NCBI RefSeq assembly: GCF_009914755.1
Contig: NC_060926.1
Reading direction: 5' to 3' (one strand)
DNA length: 64,000 bases
Origin: the human T2T-CHM13v2.0 reference genome, Homo sapiens
Positions 12,874 through 24,996 of the stretch are shown in pieces. The position numbers and the translations under genes were made by a program. The notes beneath the pieces were generated by a model. It did not search any database and was not told the DNA's origin. It saw only the letters and a program-made list of their open reading frames with translations. Position 1 is the stretch's first letter, and every line of letters starts with the position of its first letter.

Positions 12874-14513
12874 ATCTCTGATGTCCTTGAGCAGTGGTTT
12901 GTAGTTCTCCTTTTAGAGATCTTCCACCTCACTGGTCAGCTGTATTCTTGGGCATTTTCGTCTTTTTGTGGCAATTGTGAATGGGAGTTTATGTTGATTT
13001 GATTTTCAGCTTGAATGTTGTTGGTGTATGGGGATGCTGGTGATTTTTGCACATTGATTTTTGTATCCTGACATTTTGCTGAATTTGTTTATCAGCTTAA
13101 GAAGCTTTTGGGCTGAGGCTATGGGGTTTTCTAGATATTGGATCATGTCATCCACAAATGGATAGTTTGACTTCCTCTCTTTCCATTTGGATGCCCTTCA
13201 TTTCTTACTCCGTCTGATTGCTCTGGCCAGAATTTCCAATGCTATGTTGAATAGGAGTGGTGACAGAGGGCATCCTTGTGCTGGTTTTCAGGGGGAATGC
13301 TTCCAGCTTTTGCCCATTTGGTATGATGTTGGCTGTGGGTTTGTTATATATGCTCTTATTATTTTGAGGTATGTTCCTTCAATACCTAGTTTACTGAGAG
13401 TTTTTAACATGAATGGATGTTGAATTTTATTGAAAGCCTTTTCTGCGTCTATGAGATAATCATGTGGTTTTTGTCTTTAGTTCTGTTTATGTGATGTATT
13501 GCATTTATTGATTTGCATATGTTGAATCAGCCTTGCATCCCGGGGATAAAGCCTATTCGATCATTGCGGATAAGCTTTTGGACGTGCTGCTGGATTTGGT
13601 TTGCCAGTGTTTTGTTGAGAATTTTTGCATTGATAGTCTTCAAGGATATTGGCCTAAAGTTTTCTTTTTTGTTGTATCTCAAAAGCAGATTTCATTTAAA
13701 AAATCTATTAAACAGCTATTATGAGATGCTGCACTTGGTGAGGGTTGGGAAAGACACACCAGTGGACAGCACAGTGCTTCCTTCCTCTCCAAAAACTTGT
13801 GAAATGAGTGGGCATGACATCATCACAGGACTGGAGGACATCAACAATGTCAGGGTCAGTGCCTCTTTTGGTTTGGCCTTTTCCTCGTGGTCACAAGATG
13901 ATTGTTGGAGTGTCAGACATAGTGTCTACATTCCTGGCATGCAGAAGGGAAAGCAAAACATCAGTCACGTTTTTACCTGTATCTGGAAGCCCTTCCCTGG
14001 GCTCCCTGAAGGCTTGTGCTTATGTTTCATCAACTGGAATTTGCCATATGGGCTTCTCTGTCCCAAGGGAGCCATCCCAGTCTTAAGCACTCAATTTTCT
14101 ACTATACATTAGTGCAGACTTTTTAAAAGGTTTCTAATTTTCATTAATTACAGTCCCAGCTTCCTACGAACCTAGCAAAATGCTTCAAAGACAGCAGGAT
14201 GGCCATGCCACATGAGCCTTCAGATGTGTCCCTCTGCTCTGCAACAAGGATCCGTGATCTGGTTCCCAGGCCTGCCTTTCCTTATCTTGGGGCAACTTAT
14301 TCCCCCAGTGGGGATATTGTTTTAAAGGATAAGGGGCAGCCAGTGCTCCCTGATTTTGGAAAGGAGGTGAATCTGGGGTAAGGCAAAATGTCAGCTCTAC
14401 ATGCAGTACAACAGTCCCAGAGTGCTCAGTCAGCCAAGACCCAGGGTGGGTTGACACTTACATACCTGAGTTCCTGTTGAGCACGTGGCTTATTCTTTTA
14501 TGCTGAGACTCTC

Positions 14514-14735
14514 AGAAAGAAAGAAAGGAAGGAAGAAAGAAAGGAGAAGAGAGGAGAGAGGGAGAGAGGAGAAAGAGAGGGAGAAAAAGAAAAAGAAAGA
14601 TGAGAGCAGAGAAGAAGGAAGAAAGGAAGGAAAAAGGAAGAAGGAAGGAAAAAAAGAGAGTAAGAAAGAAAGGAGAGGGAAGGAGGAAGGAAGAAAGAAC
14701 AAAAGAAAAAGAAAAAAACAAACAACCAAATAAGC
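14514..14735. repeat. Polypurine GA-rich low-complexity tract
   Basis: About 200 bp of nearly pure A/G (GAAA, GGAA, GAGA units). Confidence 0.95.
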
Positions 14736-14914
14736 AAAAATATCTAAACTGAATCACAGAGGAGAATGTAGTCAATGCAAGTTACCACAATATGCTGTGG
14801 GAACACAGGAGGGGAGAAGTGGTGTCCAGGGTGGCCATGTGTGTCAGTGGTGGAGGGCAAATAGGAAAGAGGACAAGGTCAGTGCATAAATCACAGGTGA
14901 AAGAACATCTTGTG

Positions 14915-15350
14915 TATTCATTCATTCATTCATTCATTCGACAAATAGTAATTTTTCCTTTCTTGGCTAGGGAATACAGACCTGTCCCCTGTCCTGTGGG
15001 AGCTTAAATCTCATGAAGAAGACAGACAAAGATAATATAATGACCCAGATAAAATGTAAACTTGTGGAAAGTGTAGGGAAGGAGAGAGCTGTGTTTGCTG
15101 TAAGTGGGTATAACCAGGGGATTTCCCCCACCCAGGGAGGTCAGAGAAGGATGTTTAAGGGTGGGTGAGATTTCAACACCTCAGAGGAGGGCGAGATATC
15201 CTATTAGGAGAAACAGACTGGGCAGTGAGCAGGGCTGGAAAGGGCTGGCCAGGTGTAGGGAAAGATGAGTGGTCTGGACCCATGAAAATGGCAGGGAATG
15301 AATGAGAGACAATGAGGTACGAGGCTCTGCGCCTGGCAGTTTCTATGTTT
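14915..15350 (-). mobile_element. L2 3' fragment with (ATTC)n tail
   Basis: (ATTC)6 followed by degenerate L2 3'UTR. Confidence 0.65.
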
Positions 15351-15394
15351 GGAGTTTATGTTACACTTAGAACAATCCTGTAAGGTAAGAATTC

Positions 15395-15520
15395 CCTTGG
15401 TTTTTGTTCTCCTGGAGGTAGATCCTGAGGTAAAGACTTGGATGCAGGCAATTTATGGGGGAAGTGATTCCAGGAAGCAAGGATAAGGGGGCAGGGAGAC
15501 TGGCCCATTCTCCCTGCCCA
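15395..15520. mobile_element. Old ERVL LTR fragment (LTR33-like)
   Basis: gatcctgaggtaaagacttggatgcaggcaatttatgggggaagtgattccaggaagc resembles the LTR33 end. Confidence 0.45.
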
Positions 15521-16108
15521 GTCTTAATTGGTGTTTCCATTTAAGGAAACACCATGCTAAGGGTGACTTACGGAGGTCACCTGCCGTGGCTGATGGAGTT
15601 CGTGTCCACCAGGACTTTCTCAAAAGTACATACAAGTTCTCCCACAATTTTTTTCTTGAAGGAATGGACATAGCTCAAGAATTAGGGGTTCCTGAGACAA
15701 CTACTGCAGGTGTTGTATTCATTTTAAAGCCAAGGATCAGAAAATTTCAGTCCCTTGCTTAAATTTACATGGCTGGTAATTGACAGAGCAGGGACTTGAA
15801 CTTAGGTGGATTGTGATTGCAAAGTTCTTACTCTTACCATCATAATTTGCTGTCCTCTTCCCTATGTATTAAAACATAATTGTCTAATGGATATTAATGT
15901 CAATGTTGCTATGATATTTTTTCTAACATTCATTAATTCTTCCAGCCCTAAAGGTGATGTTGAACCTCTGATTCTGCTACAGTACTAAGATTTATTATGT
16001 CACTGGAGGGCAGTGAAGATATGATGTGACATGATGTACAGAGCAAACCAACTGGCCCTGTGAGTACTTAATCCAAGCATAACATTGTGAAAGGGATAAA
16101 AATAGAGT

Positions 16109-16640
16109 CTGTGGTGGATTAAAGATGCCCATGAATTCTTTGCTACTTCTTTCATTTAAAAATGGAGTTTAAATCCTCTTTTCCTAAATGCGGGGTGGTC
16201 TTAGTGACTTGATTGACCAATAGAATGAGACAGAAGTGACTTTCTGGGACTTCTGGGAATCCCTGCAGCTTGCAACTGGAACTCTTGAATGGAACACTTG
16301 CTCTTGGAGTCCTGAGGGGCCATTGAAGGTATCCAACTACTCTGAGGCTCCCATGCTGGAGAGATCCCAGGTAAGTGCTCCAGTTGAGGGTCTCAGCTGA
16401 CCCCAGTCTTCCAGCTGTCCTTGCCAAGGTGCCAGATGTATGAGAGCCCCTCCAGACCAGACCATCTTTTAGTCCAGTGCCACCAAGTCAACTCTGTTGA
16501 TGCCACATGGAACAGACGAACCACTCAGCTGTGCCCTGTCCAAATTCCTGACCTAAAAAATTCTGAGGTAAAATAACATATTTTTAATGTTAAACTTCTA
16601 AGTTCTGGGCTAGTTACTCAGGAAGGGAGGACTGGAACAT
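16109..16640 (+). mobile_element. MLT1G/H MaLR solo LTR
   Basis: tgtggtggattaaagatg...gtgacttgattgaccaatagaatg...cagaagtgac motif. Confidence 0.75.
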
Positions 16641-17099
16641 GACCACCACTTTCTATTTCCTGTAGTCACTGCAGTATTACTCTTCTTAGCAGACTATGTA
16701 GCATGTTTAATGTAGGCTGAAATGTTAGGTTGAAGTTCAGCTGTTTGGACTAAGTTCTGTTATAGACACATTTAGCAATCATTGGAAGTTTGGGAAACTC
16801 TCTTTTTCTCTGTTTGTTAGCATGCCTGGAACTTTGAATAATGCATCTGAAGAATCTGCCCGCATAGGTAAAAACATGCTCCCTTCTTGTCATTGAATTT
16901 TAAGCTGTGGACACAAGTCTTATGAGTTCATCTATAAACATAAGCATAGAAAGCAGTAGAAGCCACACCTGTGGTGAGGAGCTCTCCATATGGGGTTGGT
17001 AAGTAAAGCAATAATCATGGGTATGCTTTCTGAGAGAAAGTATAGCAGAAAGTAGAACAAAATCTTGGGGGAATGCCCACAGTTAAAGAGGCAGGCTTG

Positions 17100-17303
17100 A
17101 AAGGCATAAGAATGATATACTAGACTTTGGGGAATCAGGGGGAAGAGTGGGAGGGTGGAGAGGGAGAAAACACTACACATTGAGTACTGTGTACACTGCT
17201 CGGGTGACGGGTGCACCAGAATCTCAGAAATCACTGCTGAAGAACTTATCTATATAACCAAAACTACCTGTTCCCCTAAAACTATTGAAATAGAAAAATA
17301 ATA
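17100..17303 (+). mobile_element. L1PB-like 3'-end insertion (~200 bp)
   Basis: L1PB 3'UTR. TSD taaagaggcaggcttg 17084-17099 / taaagaggcaagcttg 17302-17317. Confidence 0.85.
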
Positions 17304-17719
17304 AAGAGGCAAGCTTGGAAGGCAAGGGGATGGTTTGCAGAGCTCACATCAAGGATGGGGGAGGGTTTCAGCAGGAGGCATTGGTGTCCAGGTCACAAAG
17401 ATGTCCAGGATAAGATCATGGCTTACTTGCCTTGCAGGCACCCTCATGATAGTTCCCTGTGACCTCAGTTATAAGTTTGTGTAGTCATATATGTAGTGTT
17501 GGGCAAAAAAACTTTTTGTCACTAGTTGTGTTACTGATTTAGTGAGGCATCTTTGGGAGCAAAGCCTTGCCGTGATTTTGTTTTTTATATAACCACAGCC
17601 AGCTGTCTCCTGATATGCCCTTATCCACTTGGTGTGTGGGGGAACCACACTACCGAGTCTTTGGTCTATTTTTTACAACTTTTCACAAAGGTTGAGTTAT
17701 TAGAGCATTCTAGTTCTGA

Positions 17720-17958
17720 TCTTTTTAAATTTTACTTTTTAAAAAAATTTTAAGTTCTGGGATACATGTGCAGAACATGCAGGTTTGTTACATAGGTATA
17801 CATGTGCCATGGTGGTTTACTGCAGCTATCAACCCTCATCTAGGTTTTAAGCCCCACATGCATTAGTATTTGTCCTAATGCTTTCCTTCCCTTACTCCCC
17901 ACTCCCCCGACAGACCCCCATGTGTGATGTTCCCCTCACTGTGTCCATGTGTTCTCAT
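17720..17958 (-). mobile_element. L1PA8-like 3'-end fragment
   Basis: gatacatgtgcagaacatgcaggtttg...ttttaagccccacatgcattag. Confidence 0.85.
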
Positions 17959-19611
17959 AAGACTTGCTCTTGTTCACTTAAAGTTTTAATCTCATGGTCT
18001 AGTTCTTTTGATTCACTGCTGTGTGCTTGTGGATGTAGGGGGTTGGCCACTTCACATCCCCTTTTTCTCCCCCGGGCTCACAGCTCTGCTTTGGTTGGTG
18101 CTGTGGGTGGGGGAAAGAGAAAGCCCTCAAAGACCCCATGGTGGCTGCCTCTGGCCAGGCTTCTGTCCTCTCCCTTCTGGTGGCGCGGCCTCTCTCTCTT
18201 GTCCTGAATAGCCGCAGGGTATACTTGCTGCTTCAAGCCAGGGCTGCTGTCTGGAGGTGGGGGAAGGAGGGCATGGGCTGTTTTCTCGAGGGTGCTAGGG
18301 AGAATGGGCTCATTCTCCACAGTTCCCTGGGGTTTTTGACGATGTTAATACCCCCAGTACCTTGATCTTTTCTGGCTGAGGAATCCTCAACATTTTAGAC
18401 CACTGTCCCGTAGCACACCTCCCATTAAGAAGAAAAGGAGGAAAGGAGGCTTCTCTGAGCTCTCACTACATCCCAGACATCATGGAAAGCCCTTTTACCA
18501 ACGTCACCTAATCAAGTCCTCTTGATCCTGAAGAAAACAGAGGTTGAGAAGGCAAAGGGCTGCCTGGGGCCACAGTGTGGTGCATGGTCCGTGGCCTCGC
18601 CAGGCTTCTCCCTGAGCTCTTCCAGTCTGGTGTTTATCCCACACCATGCACACATCTCCCAATCAATCACTGTGCCTCTGAGAACTTCCTTTAGCTGAAT
18701 GGTGTGTTGTTTCTAGATGTGTTAACCCAAAGTTCATGCAGTTTTCCAAATGTGGCTGAAGCTGGGTTTTGTGTAAACACAGGATGCGGGCTTGACAGCA
18801 GCCGGCTGCACTGCCCTTTCACTAGGGTGGGACAATGCAGGAGGGATGCTGCCAGGAAATGGTCACAGTGACCCCTGGGTTTCTTTTCAGGGCTGTCATG
18901 GATAGATTGGAGATCTTTATCTCGCAAAATAGTAAAGGTGACTTTCTGGAAGTCATTTTAAGGGAAAACTGTAATCTCAAACTACTTCCAGAGAAGTACA
19001 ACTATCATTCCTGTCTACTCTCCACTACTTTGTCAGAGCTTTTAAACATTTTACTAGCTTGCAATTTTACTGCGTGGAAGACTTGCAAGTCATCTGCAAG
19101 GGTGAGGTTTCCCTGTGTGCTCACTCATTTTAGGTCATGGAGAAGTATTCATTTGTCCTGATGGTTGGTTTTGGTCTCCGGGTTTCCTGTCTAGACCCGC
19201 TAAATGCCTACTGGTCTCATGGCTGCATTTTGAAGTCATCAGGTTAGACTTGGGGCATGTTTGAAGTAGGATCTGAATCCAGGGGAGGCAATGGCTTCCT
19301 GACAAGGGTAGTTTCTCAAAACCTGGGATTTTCACTCCTGCAAGTTAGGAGTGGGCATGATGAGAATATAAAATCATGAAGCAACTCAAATCAGACTTAC
19401 TTAGTATACTAGAACAAGGAGGGTATCCCTTGATGTTGGCAGGGACAAAGAAAGTGAATTTTCTGTTTAAATATCATTAAGGAAGTGTGTGGAAGTCAGT
19501 CACGAAGGGGTGGTGCAGACTAAAACACCAAAAGGTTCAAATGAGCTCTGAGTCAATCAATGCGTGATTAATAAGTAAGGAATCACTTCAGGGAATTAGG
19601 GGTGTTTCTTT

Positions 19612-20145
19612 TATTAAAAAAAATTAAAAATAGAACTATCATACAATCCAGCAATCTTACTACTGGGTATATATCCAAAGGAAATAAAATGAGTATGCGG
19701 AAGAGATATCTGCACCCCCCCACCCCGTTTATTGCCGCACTATTCATAATAGCCAAGATGTAGAACAAACCTAAGTGTCCAACAGTGAATGAATGGGTGA
19801 AGAAGATGTGGTGCATATACACAATGGAATACTATTCAGCTATATAAAAGAAGGAAATGTTGTTCTTTGTGACAACATGAATGAATCTGGAGGACGCTAT
19901 GCTAAATGAAATAAACCAGGTACACAAGGACAAATACTGCATGATCTCCCTTGCATGTGGAATCTAACCAAGTTGAATTCATAGCAGCAGAGGGTAGAAT
20001 GGTGGCTACCAGGGGTTGGGGAGGGTTGGAAGACTTTGGTCCAAAGATACAACTTTTCAGTTAGACAGGAGGATTAAGTTCTGGAGATCTATTGTACAGC
20101 ATGGCAACTGTAGTTAATAACAATGTATTGGGTACTTGAAAACTG
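19612..20145 (+). mobile_element. L1MA 3' fragment
   Basis: ORF2 end and L1MA-type 3'UTR (ttagacaggaggattaagttctggagatctattgtacagc). Confidence 0.8.
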
Positions 20146-20151
20146 GGTAAA

Positions 20152-20749
20152 CATGTGGAGAAATAGAAATGCTTTTACACTGTTGGTGGGAGTGTCAATT
20201 AGTTCAACCATTGTGGAAGACAGAATGGTGATTCCTCAAGGATCTAGAACCAGAAATATCATTTGACCCAGCAATCCCATTACTGGGTATATAACGACAG
20301 GAATATAAATCATTCTACGATAAAGACACATGCACATGTATGTTTATTGTGGCACTATTTACAATAGCAAAGACTTGGAACCAACCCAAATGCCCACCAA
20401 TGATAGACTGGATAAAGAAAATGTGGCACATATACACCATGGAATACTATGCAGTCATGAAAAAGAATGAGTTCATGTCCTTTGCAGGGACATGGATGAA
20501 ACTAGAAGTCACCATTCTCAGCAAACTAACACAAGAACAGAAAAGCGAACACCGCATGTTCTCACTCATAAGTTGGAGTCGAACAATGAGAACACATGGG
20601 CTCAGGGAGGGGAACATCACATACCGAGGCCTGTTGGTGGCGGGGTGGGGGGAAGGGGAGGGAGAACATTAGGACAAATACCTAATGCATGTGGGGCTTA
20701 AAACCTAGATGAGGGTTGATAGGTACAGCAAACCACCACGGCACATGTA
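20152..20749 (+). mobile_element. L1PA8-like fragment lacking its poly(A) end
   Basis: ORF2 C-terminus MFIVALFTIAKTWNQPKCP...WIKKMWHIYTMEYYA, and a 3'UTR that stops abruptly at ggcacatgtat. Confidence 0.88.
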
Positions 20750-23619
20750 TTGTGCCCCAGCAATTTCTGGAGCAGGAGAAGCAGGGCACACCTCGTGATA
20801 GGTGGAAGATCTGACAGGGAAGCTTGACTATCAGAACAGGGAGTGACCTTGTGGATCATGCTGTCCTCAGAGGTGGCACAAACCAAAGAGCGGGGCTTGC
20901 CAGAGATCTAGGCGAAGTCAGAGAGAAAGCATCATAGCAGCCTGTGCTCAGAAGTCCCTGGGAACGTCCTGAACCTTCCGAGGGTGACCCTGGAGAAAAC
21001 ACTCACCACTGAGTGACTCACAGCCTCTTCTCTGAGCCACTGAAGTCAAAACAGGGATCCGAAGCTTGCTCCCGGCCACTTCACCTTGTCGTTGAGCATC
21101 CTCTTCCTCTGGAAACACTGGCCTCCTAGTTCTTGGTCTTTTCTTCTCTTCTTTCCTGTAGAGTCTGTGAAAAAAAAAAGATGAACTCACACTTTCATGT
21201 AGTTAATACTAAACTTAATTAATCCTGGCAACAGCCTATGGGAAGGGTGTGGCATTGCTTACTGCACTGATTTAATTGAGATCTGAATAGTTCTGGGGAC
21301 TAAGATCCCACAATCCTAGTTTTTTTTTTTGTTTTGTTGGCAAAATCCTGCCTAGTTTTTTTTGTTTTATTGGGGGATCAAGTTCCTGGATTGCTATTTG
21401 TAGACAGCATTTACCTTAAAGCAGGTGCCTTCAAAGGAGAAACTCCTTACTGTTAGAATTTTAGACAGCATGGCAGGGTCTTGAAGTAGATTTGTGGGAA
21501 TTTCCCTGGGACCCTCAGGTCACATGACCATTTATTGGCCCTGCTCTGCAGGGCACCTTAGGTGATGTATTGCAAAGGCAGATCAAGGGAAAGCAGATGT
21601 TGCCATGGAAATGGCCCTGCCCCCATTCATTATTAAAAGTTGTTGTTATTGTTGTTTTTTGGCAGCATCAAATAGCAGTGAAAATTTTTGAGGCAGCTGA
21701 CCTAAATTTTGAATGTGATCTCATAGTCAGGGTTCTTAAATTAGTGAAAACGAATATGCTTCCTACAGGAAATTATTTAAAAAGATGACACATGAGGATT
21801 TAGTCCAGAAGCCACTGGATTGAAAAGATACCTCAGTGTGTCCAACCTGGGCAGAAAAGTCCTGCCAAAGAAACATTTATAAGGTTGCTTTTAAATTGGA
21901 TTTGATAAAATAAAAGTTACAATAAAAAAATAAGCTGGGTTTGAGTTAATAGTAGTAAAGGCATGGGTATATGTTGTTATTTATTTGAGTTATCAGTGCT
22001 GGTATTTTTTTAATTGCATGAAGTGAGTTTCCAAGAGCAGAATTCCCACCCATACTGGGCCATGGAAAGAGGCGAGTTTAACTTAAGACAGCTCAGTTTG
22101 CATTCATCGTTTGGGAGCCAGTTAAATGGAAGGTGAGGTGGCAGTTGTTAGTGCCGCGTTTGTCAGTGGGTGGCCGAGGATGGTGTCTTGTCCAACTCTG
22201 CGGAACTCCGGCTGCTGCTCTGTTAACCCAGCAAGGTCTTCTGGTGGTGGCTGCAGACTCTGCACTCTCCCCTGTGCCGGGACTCTGGGTCTTGCTTCTG
22301 AGGGTTTGCTGCAGTCAAGGGAGAGATATTTTCAATGCCTCTTGGCAGGGGAAATTATTTCCTGAATTGAGTCCAAGCAAAAAAGGATCTTCTGTAATTT
22401 GGTGAAGTATCGAGTGCCAGGACACACCCTGACTGGCAACATCACTAAATGCCCTTTGTGACTGCTGGGGCTCAGGGTTTTATTGTGTAAGCTCATTTAG
22501 GCCAATTTTACGTGGGCAGCACATGTACTGCCAGCTGGAACCCTTGTTCTGCAGACAGCCATGACTGTGGAACATGTCCAGCACCCATGAAAGGCCTGGT
22601 AGATGAATAAATGTGCAGAATGGGTGTGGGCCTCAGCAGTGTCTGACCAATACAAACAGAGCTGCTTGTGTTTGGGTCAACTTTTATAAGTGGAGATGAT
22701 CTGGGGCTAGAACCACAATGATCACATGTACTGGGTGATTTGTGGAAGAGAAGTTTATATACTAAAACTACATCACTCTTGAATATTTCTGAAAGGACAC
22801 ATAAAAGAATGTGAAGTGTGGCTCTCTCTGGGGAGGAGAACAAGGGTTCTGGGATGAGCAGAACTACTTTTCACTGAATTTGCTTTACCAAATGCGTATG
22901 TTCATTTTCTGTTTAGATAACTAGACTGGGTTTCTCTAGCTATATTAAAGATCACCATGTGATCTTAGATGTACATCACTTAACATTGCTGAATTTCCTG
23001 TTTCTTGTTTGCAAAACAAAGGATTTGAGCTAGAGACTTTTAAATATCTTTCTAGCTCTTCATATGGATTCATTTTAAGACAAAAATACTGCAGGAAGTT
23101 TTTGTATCTAAAAACCATTTTCCATCTAAGTTAGTTAAGTTGATTATGACACCTACAGAGGGCATTTCAGCCCCTAATGCCTGTTCCACTGAGGGCTAAG
23201 ACGATGGTTTATCTTGACAGCAGCAAGCCCACAGATGTCAAAGGTCACTCATACATCCCTCCCTGACTCTTAACATGGGGGAAGGGGAGACAGTGCATCA
23301 CTTCCGGTAGATCCAATAGCTGCAACAGATCTTCCTCTGTGTGTGTGGATGAGTGGGACTATTTCAATCTTTTTAAGTCAAGCCCAAAACTGGGACTTGG
23401 GCCAACAGCTGAAGGAAGCCAGCAGCCTGTTGGATCAGGATGCACGAACACTTCCCAAATGCCTCTTCAAATGGCCTTGTTTTCAGAAGCCGTCCTCTTG
23501 TTGGACATTGACACCAGCCGGTGCTTTGAAAGCTGCTGTTGATGGCTGGTTGGCTGGTATCCTTCAGGAAACACTTCCAGGATGGAAATATTCATGTTTT
23601 ACCAAAGCCAAGGAGCTTA

Positions 23620-23980
<361 letters not shown>

Positions 23981-24489
23981 TAGAGGTTACTGTTAACATC
24001 CAGTTGAGGCCAACAGATAAAATGAAGTTAGTTCTGGAAGGATTTTGCCTTACCATGGCTGCAATGGGCTCACTAAGTCAAAACCTAGTGGAAGTCCTGG
24101 GAAGTGAGGTCATCCCAGGATTGTGGTTTGAAGAGCCCCAGGAAGAGGGAGGCAGCACGTGCTGGAGGGCCTGGTGGTGTCTCAGGAAAGACCTCACTTA
24201 GGCCAAGTGCCATTGTGTGAGTGAAACCACTGGGGTCTTCTTGGACTGAGGCCAGAAATGCAATTTTGTTGGTGATCGAAGATGTTCAGACTCCCAAGGG
24301 TCGGCTCCTTCAAATCATTCTCATTCCAAAGTGCTGATTTGTTAATTATAGCAGGGATGTCTCTTTCCGTTATTTATGGAGGTATCTGGGGACTGAATTA
24401 GGCATCTGAAGGCAGCTTGGGGAGTGTGAAATGAATGTCAGTGGAATCACTGCCTGGCGAGTATGAGGTCAATGCCTGACGGAACTTTC

Positions 24490-24765
24490 AAACAGCATAG
24501 CGCAGCCATTAAGAGCATGGTTCCTGGACCCAAAGTACCCTGGACTGAGTCCCAGCCTCTATTAAATTGGGAACATTGGAGAAGTTTCCTGAACTTTCTT
24601 TCTCTGTCTCTGTTTTCATATCTAGGAGTTGATATAATTTCATCAGATAATTTCAAGGTTTGGTGTGAGGATTAAATGAGATATTACATGCTAAGCACCT
24701 AGAACAATGCCAGGCACATGGAAGCACTGGGGTGTGTGAGTTGCAATCATCATCATCGTCATTAT
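24490..24765 (+). mobile_element. MIR SINE
   Basis: gtgaggattaaatgagat...aagcacctagaacaatgccaggcaca MIR 3' part. Confidence 0.7.
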
Positions 24766-24771
24766 CTGGGG

Positions 24772-24996
24772 CAGGGCTCAGCAGACTTTTCTGTAGAGGG
24801 TGAGAGAGTAAATATTTCAGGCTTTTCTGGCCACACCGTCTCTATTGCAATGACTTAATTCTGCTGTTATATTTCAAAAGCAGTCATAGGCAATATGAAA
24901 GCAAATGGGCGTGGCTGTGTTCCAGTAAAGTTTTATTTATAGAAATAGGTGATATGTGGGGTTCTGTCCTGTGGCTGTCGTTTGCCTGACCTCTCA
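24772..24996 (+). mobile_element. MER58A (hAT-Charlie MITE)
   Basis: cagggctcagcagacttttctgtagaggg...gtaaatatttcaggc...gggcgtggctgtgttccagtaaagttttattt. Confidence 0.78.

Larger units (their letters stand above)
10665..13680 (-). mobile_element. 5'-truncated L1PA13-like LINE-1 (ORF2 3' half and 3'UTR) interrupted by two Alus
   Basis: L1 ORF2 peptide remnants (e.g. [31 protein letters not shown]). TSD aaaagcagattt at 10653-10664 and 13681-13692. Confidence 0.92.

Noticed and set aside
13513-14112. 199-aa plus-strand ORF
   Set aside because: It begins in antisense L1 at a TTG and runs into flanking DNA. No domain or splice support.
14485-14775. Lys/Glu/Arg-rich and Phe/Leu/Ser-rich ORFs
   Set aside because: These are translations of the stop-poor GA-rich tract.
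17720-20749. The two oppositely oriented L1PA8-like 3' ends as one inverted insertion
   Set aside because: Both cover the same 3'UTR portion and are separated by over 2 kb of unrelated DNA, so they are independent insertions.
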